From: Prasinococcaceae sp. CCMP 1430
Lineage: Eukaryota > Plantae > Prasinodermophyta
NCBI GenBank assembly: GCA_013416795.1
Contig: RQSC01001302.1
Span: 1 to 64,000 of the forward strand
Direction: 5' to 3'
DNA length: 64,000 bases
Position 1 is the first letter of the stretch. Each line of letters starts with the position of its first letter. Both the position numbers and the translations under genes were made by a program. The notes below the pieces were generated by a model. The model searched no databases, was not told the origin of the DNA, and saw only the letters and a program-made list of their open reading frames with translations. Below are positions 56,346 through 64,000 of this stretch, piece after piece.

Positions 56346-58137
56346 GCGCGCACGGCGAGAGAGCGGTCACGCGCGGCCGGGAGGTTTGGGAGGGAGGACG
56401 GCCTCCGAGGACCAGAGAGGTGGCCGCAGGGGGAAGGGGGTGCGCGCGCGTGCCGGTAAGGGTGGGGGCGCGGCGCGCTCCCTTCAGCCACCCCCGAGGT
56501 CGTGGCGCGCCTGGGCGCGTCGCTCGCACGGATCTCGCCTCGCAGCGGAGGCGATGCCCCCGTGCGTGCTCGGCGCGAGCACGAGGTCGCCGTCGAGGTG
56601 CGGCCCGGTCGCCGCCCTCGCTCTCGCTGCTATCGCCGCTGCCTGTGCCGCGCCGCCCGCGGCTGGCGGACCGCCCACGGTGCGCGACGGCGTGCCTCGC
56701 GAGGCGTCGCGAGCGGCGGTGCCGTCGCGCGACGTCGCTCCGCTGGGGCCATCGCCGGCATCGCGCGTCCAAAAAAAAAAAAAACGAGACACCCGCAGCC
56801 GTCGCTCCGCTCCTCGCCCGCGCGCGCGTGCGCGAGCGTTTTGATTGAAATCCGGACGGGAATCCGTCGCGTGGGTTTCGCAGGGTTCCGCGCCGCCCCG
56901 GAACCCGCGGGCGATCGCGCCCGGAAAAAACGGGGGAAAAGGTGGTAATCTAAATAGTATGAACAAGGCGGCCGTTACGGATAACGGCCGCGCACCTAAC
57001 CAACACGGTGCGTAATGGTCATTTCGCCGAAATAGAGGTTACCTGCAAACCCTAACCCTATCCCGGCCGCCCGCGCGGAGAACCCGGCGAGGCAACAACG
57101 GGGGACGAGGATCTGGAGGATCCGTTCCCCAACGCAACCCTAGGGTACGCGCGCGCGGCGGTCGTGCCAGTTCTGCTGCTCGCGACGCTGTGCGTCGCTC
57201 GCCCACCGTGGGTGGGAAAAGCTCACCCGGTTTAAACTTCATTTTGTGTAAGGCTCCAAACCGTATGTGACAAGTGAGAGGTGCTCATTGCTCTCCACAT
57301 TTCCCGAAGGCCCGTCCGGGTAGGCTTTTCGGGCGCCCGGCGGCGCCCCGCGGGGGTGTTGCCGGCACGAATATCGACCCAAAAAATCGACAAAAAAAGA
57401 AACAACAAAAATCACTCGCCCGTGGGGACGAGGGCGCCGGGGGCGCGTCAAACGGAGAGGAGCTCGATGCGGGTCGAGGGGCAATGTGTAAAGGGAAACG
57501 AGGTCAACCGTTTGACGTAGAATTTGCATGCTTGTCCCGAGTTGGGGTTGGAACCGGTTTATATCAAATTGAGAGAGCCTTCGGAAGGATTTAGTGTAAA
57601 CCCTTCTAGCAAAATGACAGATCAAAACACAGGAAAATGAGGACGGAGGGGACCAAAAAATGGCTTGGTCAACTGTGAAGTAACCCGAACTCGCAGCAAA
57701 ATGAATCAAAATGAATCAAAATGAACCTAAATGATACATATAAATGCATTAAATCTCGAACCCTAAAACCCGAATGCGCACGCCCCCAGACGTTAGCAAC
57801 AAAAAACAACAAAAAGATTTACGCGTCCCTCTACACGCATTCTGACTTATCAATTCTTTTTGTTTTTGACGCTATCGGTATTTTGAGCCGACTCTTATTA
57901 CGTCACAATTGGTTGGGGCCCGCGCAGCGCGCGCGCTCACATGAACACGCAGCGCACTCACATGAACACGCGCGCCACGCGACAGCGGATCGCGCGCGCC
58001 CACGAGGAGGGCGGGCGCGGGAGGGACGGACGCAGCGGCATCCGAGCAGGGTGGAAGGAGCGCGATGCCGCGCGCCGCCGCCGCGCCGAGAGGCGGTCCG
58101 CAGCGAGGCGGTCCGCAGCGAGGCGCGCGGCGGCATC

Positions 58138-60382
58138 ATGGGGGCGTGCGCGAGCGCGCCCAGCGCCGACGGAGGGAACAGCGCCTTCGGGCCCGAGGAA
58201 ACGCACTTCGATCTGCCTGAGGAGGGCGCGAACCGTGCGACGCCCCACTACGATTGGCCCGGGCGGCGCAGGACGGGCGCGTCGCGCGGCAACGGCTCGA
58301 AGCAAACGCATGGCGAGGGGCGAGCCAACAGCGGCGTGCGCTCCGGCAGCAGCGACGGGCGCCACTCGCTTCGCGCCGGCAGGCGCGAGCGGCGGAAGAG
58401 CCCGGGCTTGCCCGGCGAGGCGATGGGCGGCGGGCTCGACTCGGGCGACGCACGTCGCAACCTGCGGCTGCAGTCATCGCGCAGCCACCGCCTGCTGGGC
58501 GACTTTCTCCAGGAGACTGCCCGGGGCGTAGTGCACAGCCAACACCAGGAACGCCTCATGGTCAAGCTCTTCGGCGGCGCGCGAGGCAGCAACGAGACGC
58601 AGCCGCTGCAGGTGCAGACGCGATCGACGAGTCGGCTGCGCTTCCCCAGTGGCGTGGCGCCAGCCGGCGAGGACAACGATGAGGTCGGCGGGGACCTCCG
58701 CATGAGCGTCAGCTCGGCGGGCTACATTACCGACGAGAAGGAGATGGCGCGGTGGTCCATTGGATCGCGCGACCATGAGATTCTGCTGCACCAGGTGTTC
58801 CCGCCGTCGATCGCACGGCGGCTGGAGAGCTCCGGCTTCGCCAACCTGTCCGAATCAAACGAGTGCGTGAGCCTGCTCTTCGCCGACATCACGGGCTTCA
58901 CGAGGTGGAGCTCTGGGCACTCGCCGCAGCGCGTCGTCGACACTTTGACGGTCTTTTTCACGCTGCTGGATGACCTCGCAGAGGAGCACAACGTGTACAA
59001 AGTCGAGACAGTTGGGTACGTGGTGCTCCAGCGGCCCTGGAACGCGGACTGAGCGCGTACTACTTTCAGCTCGATGTTTTCCATGCGCCGCCTCCGCACG
59101 CGCGCACGTTCAGCTCCCCTACAGATCTCGCGCGAGCAGACACGTGAGCAGCGCTGACAGGGTTGGCCGCGCCGCCTATCACGGCGCGAGCCGAAATAGG
59201 GACTGCTATGTCGCAGTCGCAAACGCTCCCTCGCACGACGCCGATCACGCGCCTAATATGGCGCGCTTTGCGCTGGATGTGCTGGCCGTCAACTCAATTA
59301 TGCCGCACATCTTTGATGATAGCGAGATCGGTGTGCGCATCGGCGTGCACTGCGGGCCGGTCATCACCGGCGTCATCCGCGCCGACCGGCCCCGCTGGCA
59401 GATTTTTGGCGACACGATGAACACCACCTCGCGCATCGAGGCGACCAGCAAGGCGGGCAAGGTGCAGGTCAGCCAGGCGTTTCGCGACCTCCTGCTGCAG
59501 TCCGACGAGGACAGGCCGGGTGGTGGGACGTTTCACATGGTACAACGCGACGAACCCGTGAACGCCAAAGGCAAGGACAGGCTGACGACGTATTGGCTCC
59601 AGAGCTACGTAGAGAGCCGGAACGACGACTCTTTCTCCACCTGCTCGTCGATGGCAGACCTAGAATCGGCGCCAGCGGGGGCCGGCTCGCACGATGAGGG
59701 CACCGAGAGCTTGGAGGGCTCCCTTCGCGGCAGCCGCGGCCGCTCGCGGCGCACGTCGCTCTCTGAGGTCACGCAGCGATCTTTCACCTCAACAGGTGCC
59801 CGCACCCCCGATTCGCTCGAGCGACCGAGCCGTTTGAGCGCCGAATCGGGCGACTCATTCTGCTGCGATGGCAGCGACCTCTCGGGAAGCGACCACGCCC
59901 CGCTCAACGACAGCAGCGACTGCATTTTGTCGCCTACGGCTTCCGAATTTGTGAGCAGCGAGTGCCCGCGCGTGATGGTGGTGCATGACCGGCTGGTCGA
60001 GCTGCTGCAGCTCGCGCGCGTGCTCAAGCAGGCCGGGTACGAGGTGGACGCGGCACTGTCATGTGCTGAGGCGCTGCGTGGTCTGCGCAGCGTGCCCCAT
60101 GCGGCGATGGTGGTGCAAGCGGGTGTGGCGGACAGCGAGCTCCTACGCGGTGACCTGCGCAAGCTGGAAGCCTCAGGCGCCGCAGCGCCGGCGCTCGTCA
60201 TGTACGACGCGCCTGAGGCAGCCGCGGCAGTCAACAAGCGCGGTGGAGCCGACGTGGGCGGCGCTGCTGCCAGCTGGGAGGAGCTCGGTGCCTACCCCCT
60301 GTGGTTGAGCGAGGAGTCAACCAAGCGCACTGTGCTCGCAGCAATTCGCCGCTCGATGCGGAAGCGGCTCCGGGTGCTATAG
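58138..60382 (+). CDS. Class III adenylyl/guanylyl cyclase with an N-myristoylation motif and C-terminal pseudo-receiver; intron 59016-59199
   Basis: Starts MGACAS. Motifs LLHQVFPPSIARRL, LLFADITGFT, VYKVETVG|DCY, RIGVHCGPV..GV and RWQIFGDTMNTTSRIE. The tail RVMVVHD...GYEVDAA..CAEAL resembles a REC fold. Confidence 0.88.
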
Positions 60383-60743
60383 CTGGGGGAGGTGGAGGAG
60401 GGGGGAGGAGACAGGAGGGGGCCGGGCGCGCGGAAAATGATAATAATCGCAATGATTCTAATAACGAACGGAAAAACATGAGGAAAAAAACGTAGATGGC
60501 CACGCACACACCGCGCGCGATGCTCGCGGCGGGCGCGCAGGCGCACGGCGCGCGGGCGTCGCTGCCGCTTTCGCTGCCGCGGGCCCTGTCGCTAGAGAGG
60601 TGAGGAACGCATCCTCCCTGTGTGTCGCCGTGGCCGCGCACGCTGCTCACGCTGACGCTCCGCGGGCGCGCCCTCACCCGCGCGTTCGCAGCAGGCGCGC
60701 GCCGCGACCGCGGCCGCGCTCTACGGGCGTGCACGCGCGAGCG

Positions 60744-61148
60744 ATGGCCGATGGGGCGCTGCTGCGTGTCCTTGCGTTCGAGGACTCCTATGACATGAAA
60801 GAGATCCTTGCCGCCGGTGGCGGGAGCCTGGAGCTCGCGGGCATTGAGTTGGGGCGCATCTCGCTCAGTCAGAGGTGGAGCTCGCACGCCTACCTGGATG
60901 AGATCAGGGAAGTGCAGCCCGACGTCCTGCTCTTGGACTTTTACATGCCCCCGCACACCGGCTTGGAGGTTCTTCGCGGCGTCAATGCTGCCGTGTTGTC
61001 TGGTGAGCTCGTCCGCCCGTCCGCGGTGTTGGGCATGAGCTCCGAGCCTCGGTGCAATCAGCAAATGCTCGCCGCCGGCGCGGATGCAGCCTTCGTCAAG
61101 TGGGACGTTTGGCGATGGGAGGGATTCGACGGTGTGCGCGCCGACTAG
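60744..61148 (+). CDS. Stand-alone receiver (CheY-like response regulator) protein
   Basis: 134 aa with RVLAFED (acidic pocket), PDVLLLDFYMP..TGLEVL (phospho-Asp), GMSS (S/T) and AGADAAFVK (Lys). All canonical REC residues are present. Confidence 0.8.
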   Translation: MADGALLRVLAFEDSYDMKEILAAGGGSLELAGIELGRISLSQRWSSHAYLDEIREVQPDVLLLDFYMPPHTGLEVLRGVNAAVLSGELVRPSAVLGMSSEPRCNQQMLAAGADAAFVKWDVWRWEGFDGVRAD

Positions 61149-61227
61149 CTAGCAAAGTCGAATGTACGATGAATCGATTTTGTACACACGAACACATGCG
61201 GCTCGCGACGCGCCTACCCAGAGTCAC

Positions 61228-63063
61228 TTACGCCTCGCGAGTCATGCTGCCGACGGCACGTAGGTTGCTCTCCGCGAACACACGGCGGCAAACGTCGCGT
61301 ACCTCACCCGGCGTGGTCGCCTCGCTGCGTTCCGCGCGCTCAACGAGCTCTCGCCAGCCGAGGTCGCTACCAAGAGCCTCAGAGCTGGCGAGCGCGCCTG
61401 CACACGCCGAGTTGGACGCCAGAGCGCGGCGTCTCGCGGCGCGGCTCTGCCGCTTGGCCCTCGCGAGGCCATTCTCGAGTGCGCGCGGCGCACGCGGTTT
61501 GAGCACCATGTCCACCTCGCGAACGAGCTCACTGCGTAGCTTGCCGATGCTCTGGCCCTCGACTGGAAGGCCAATGAGCAGCGACATCGTGCCGTGCTTC
61601 TCGCCGGGGAAGGTCGGCGTGAGCGCCGCCGCGAGCGCCCGACGTGGCTCGACGAGATCAGTGTAGAACGGTGAGGTGCGCCCGTTGCTCAGAAGCGAGG
61701 CAAACAGCGAGATTGGGATGGCATCGGGTGACGTGCGCGAGCCGCGCTCGTATCCCATGTACAAAAGGGGTGATGCAGGCGCCGCCATTGAGATTTCCGC
61801 AGGCGAGCGTCGGACGGTACGCGGCGATGGTGTACGTGCAGGCGCGGCTGCGGAGGGAGGCTCGAAGGCAGGATTTGGCTCCCATGAGCCAAAGTACTCC
61901 TCCGCCAGCCGTTGCACTTGCTCTGGTGTGATGTCTCCCGCTATGGCCACCGTCATTGCTCCCGGGCCGTACTTGCGCTGGAAAAAGTCGCACACTTCCT
62001 CACGTCCGAGCTGGTCGAAGTCGTGCTCGTAGCCGATGATGGGCCTCCTGTAGGGCGAGTCGAAGGCAGCCTCCAGGAATGCCTGCTGGAACTTGCCCTG
62101 CGGTGAGTTGTCAACGCGCAGCCGCCGCTCCTCCTCGATGACCCCCTTCTCAGCGTACATGCCGCGGAAGACGGGCGCACGCAGGCGGTCGCTCTCGAGC
62201 GCAAACCAGAGCTCGAGCTTATTGCTGGGAAGCGAGCAGTAGAACACGGTGGAGTCGAAGGAGGTCTCGGCGTTGAGGCCTACGCCGCCCTCGCGCTTGA
62301 GCGTGGCACCGTACGCGTTTGGCAGCTCGTACACGGCCGCGGCTGCTTCGGTGCGCGCGAGCGCCTCCCGAAGCTCGCCCACTCGCCCCGCTGGCGCGCC
62401 TTGGGCCACGGCGTCTCGTAGCGCATAGAAGGCCGCGTCGCAGTCGTCCAGCGCCAGGCGCTCTGCAGCAAAGTCGGTCGTGCCCAGCGTCTGCGTGCCC
62501 TTGAACGCCAGGTGCTCGAGCAGGTGCGCGACGCCCGTCTCGCCCTCGCGCTCGTCGTACGCCCCCACGTCGGCATACATCTGCACTGAAAAGATGGGCG
62601 CCTGGTGACGCTCGCACACAACGAAGCGCATGCCGTTGGGCAGCGCGAAGGTGGACACGCGCGACTCAAGTGCGAGCAACGTGGGCGAGCGCTCGACGGC
62701 GGCCATATCCCCCGCCATCCTCTCGGCTGCAGCCGCAGGACTTGCCCCCGAGAGCACCGCCGCGGCCGCTGCGGCCGCAGCTGCCCCGCCTGCTTCGCGC
62801 CGCGTCACGCCGCTTTTGCCACCGCCCCCGCCCCCGACGCCGCAGCATGCTGGCGCGCGACGGAGGGGGGGAAGGAGGCGAAGGGATCGAGGGAGGAAGG
62901 AGGTGGCGGCGGCGGTGGTGGGGAGGCTGCTAGCGCAGCGAGCAGCGCGCGCTGCTCGAGAAGTGCTGCTAAGTAACGCGCCACGTTTGCACCCGATAGC
63001 TTCGCCAGTGTCGACATGGTGATCGACGTTCGAGCGCTGGCTGGCGGGGAGTTTGAGCGCCAT
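61228..63063 (-). CDS. M16B zinc peptidase (insulinase family, cyanobacterial-like), probable organellar targeting extension
   Basis: Motifs LPNGMRF, VGAYDE..GETGVAHLLEHLAFKGT (HxxEH), GLNAETS, LPSNKLELWFALESDR, VIEEERRLRVDN and YRRPIIGY. Confidence 0.85.
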   Translation of the reverse strand: MALKLPASQRSNVDHHVDTGEAIGCKRGALLSSTSRAARAARCASSLPTTAAATSFLPRSLRLLPPLRRAPACCGVGGGGGGKSGVTRREAGGAAAAAAAAAVLSGASPAAAAERMAGDMAAVERSPTLLALESRVSTFALPNGMRFVVCERHQAPIFSVQMYADVGAYDEREGETGVAHLLEHLAFKGTQTLGTTDFAAERLALDDCDAAFYALRDAVAQGAPAGRVGELREALARTEAAAAVYELPNAYGATLKREGGVGLNAETSFDSTVFYCSLPSNKLELWFALESDRLRAPVFRGMYAEKGVIEEERRLRVDNSPQGKFQQAFLEAAFDSPYRRPIIGYEHDFDQLGREEVCDFFQRKYGPGAMTVAIAGDITPEQVQRLAEEYFGSWEPNPAFEPPSAAAPARTPSPRTVRRSPAEISMAAPASPLLYMGYERGSRTSPDAIPISLFASLLSNGRTSPFYTDLVEPRRALAAALTPTFPGEKHGTMSLLIGLPVEGQSIGKLRSELVREVDMVLKPRAPRALENGLARAKRQSRAARRRALASNSACAGALASSEALGSDLGWRELVERAERSEATTPGEVRDVCRRVFAESNLRAVGSMTREA

Positions 63064-63299
63064 CTCCACGGCCGCGCCGCCCGCCGTACGTGCACGGCCA
63101 GGCACGAGCTCTGACAACATCACAACGACCAGCGCGCGCGCGCGCGCGCCGCGCAACGCGAGACTTCCTACCGGCGCAATAATAACAAAAAGCGTACCGC
63201 ATATTCAACAAAGAGGCCGCCTCGCAGCCTCGCGCTCACGCAACCGCACGCAGCCCTCGCAACCGCCCCTGCTCGACCTCTTGCCGGCATTAGGGGAAT

Positions 63300-64000
63300 C
63301 TACTGCGGGGGAAGGAACTTGTTCCACCAGTTGCTGTCGTACTTGTCGTACACCGCCGACCACTCGTCCTTGTACCCCTTCGCAGTGCGCTCCGGCCCCG
63401 GAGGCGGCGTCGCCTCGGGCGTGCGGTTGGCAGCAGTCAGCGTGGGGTTGGTGTCGTTCGACCTGAGCACATCCGCCACTTCGCCCGACGCAGTGAACTC
63501 CGCCTTGAGCACGCGATCCATGCGGAGTTTGATGAAGCTGCAAGCGCGCGTGCGTGCGAGCGGGCGGGCCCGCGCGGCAGCGTCGACGGTTGGAGAGCGG
63601 CACATCCGTCGCGCAGGCACCGCAGGCCACGAGAGTGGCAGGGGTCAGCACATGGCGGGAACTTCGGCACACGCGTCGGTGGCACATGCACAGCAGCAGC
63701 GCGACTGCCGTGCCGGCGTCGAGGGGGATGTGGCGTGCTGGGCACCGCAACAGGGGTGCAGCACCGCGCGCAGCGCGAGCGCGTGCACATAGGGTTTGCC
63801 CGGGCCCGAACGGGGCAGCCTGGGCTGGGGCGGCACGCCGGCAGCACGCGCATCGGGAGGCGATTCGCGCGCTCGCACTCACGTGAGCCACTCCTCATCG
63901 GTGGAGACGAAGGCCGCGCACGGGCGTGCGACGCGCTTGGCGACCTCGGGCATCGCGTCGAGGAAGGCCGGCTCGGGGACCACCCAGAAGTTCTGCTCGA
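63300..64000 (-). CDS. YCF54: Ycf54 (Mg-protoporphyrin monomethyl ester cyclase accessory subunit), 5'-partial; exon >64000-63883, intron 63538-63882, exon 63537-63300
   Basis: EQNFWVVPEPAFLD.MP...KRVARP.AA.VST...WLT|FIKLRMDRVL and the C-terminal W.A.Y.KY...WW..FLP match the Ycf54 pattern. The intron splices in frame. Confidence 0.88.

Noticed and set aside
56968-57000. Helitron 3' terminus
   Set aside because: The hairpin is present but the CTRR spacing and the A/T insertion site do not fit, and no 5' TC end was identified. It is kept only as an unexplained hairpin.

Overview
Very GC-rich, intron-containing eukaryotic DNA from a draft scaffold (one 711-N gap, five single-N joins). It is most likely a green alga of prasinophyte grade. 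This is inferred from plant-type GABA-T, LpxA, NOL-like reductase and YCF54, plus GTGCG/GTACG/GTGAG donors and CTGAC branch points. About 20 genes are recognisable: an SLC9B-type Na+/H+ antiporter, UROD, a broken PLP aminotransferase, an LpxA exon, a linker-histone-like winged-helix protein, MPS1, pirin, a WDR26 fragment, JMJD5, CCP5, a NOL-like SDR, lipoxygenase, a TBC RabGAP, GABA-T, a class III cyclase, a stand-alone receiver protein, an M16B peptidase and YCF54. The least-explained features are: (1) four clustered paralogues of an uncharacterised EF-hand/TM-anchored proprotein with repeated RxxL sites and a Cys-rich C-terminal domain; (2) two exactly 55-nt segments in one paralogue that are the base-by-base complement, NOT the reverse complement, of the paralogous sequence, probably an assembler artefact but decisive to test; (3) a ~2,800-aa propeller/extensin/TM/10xCna-B receptor-like gene; (4) a 4CXXC-type zinc finger fused to a polytopic membrane domain; (5) a myristoylated cyclase with a pseudo-receiver next to a stand-alone CheY-like protein. 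Gene models were read by eye and no database searches were run.
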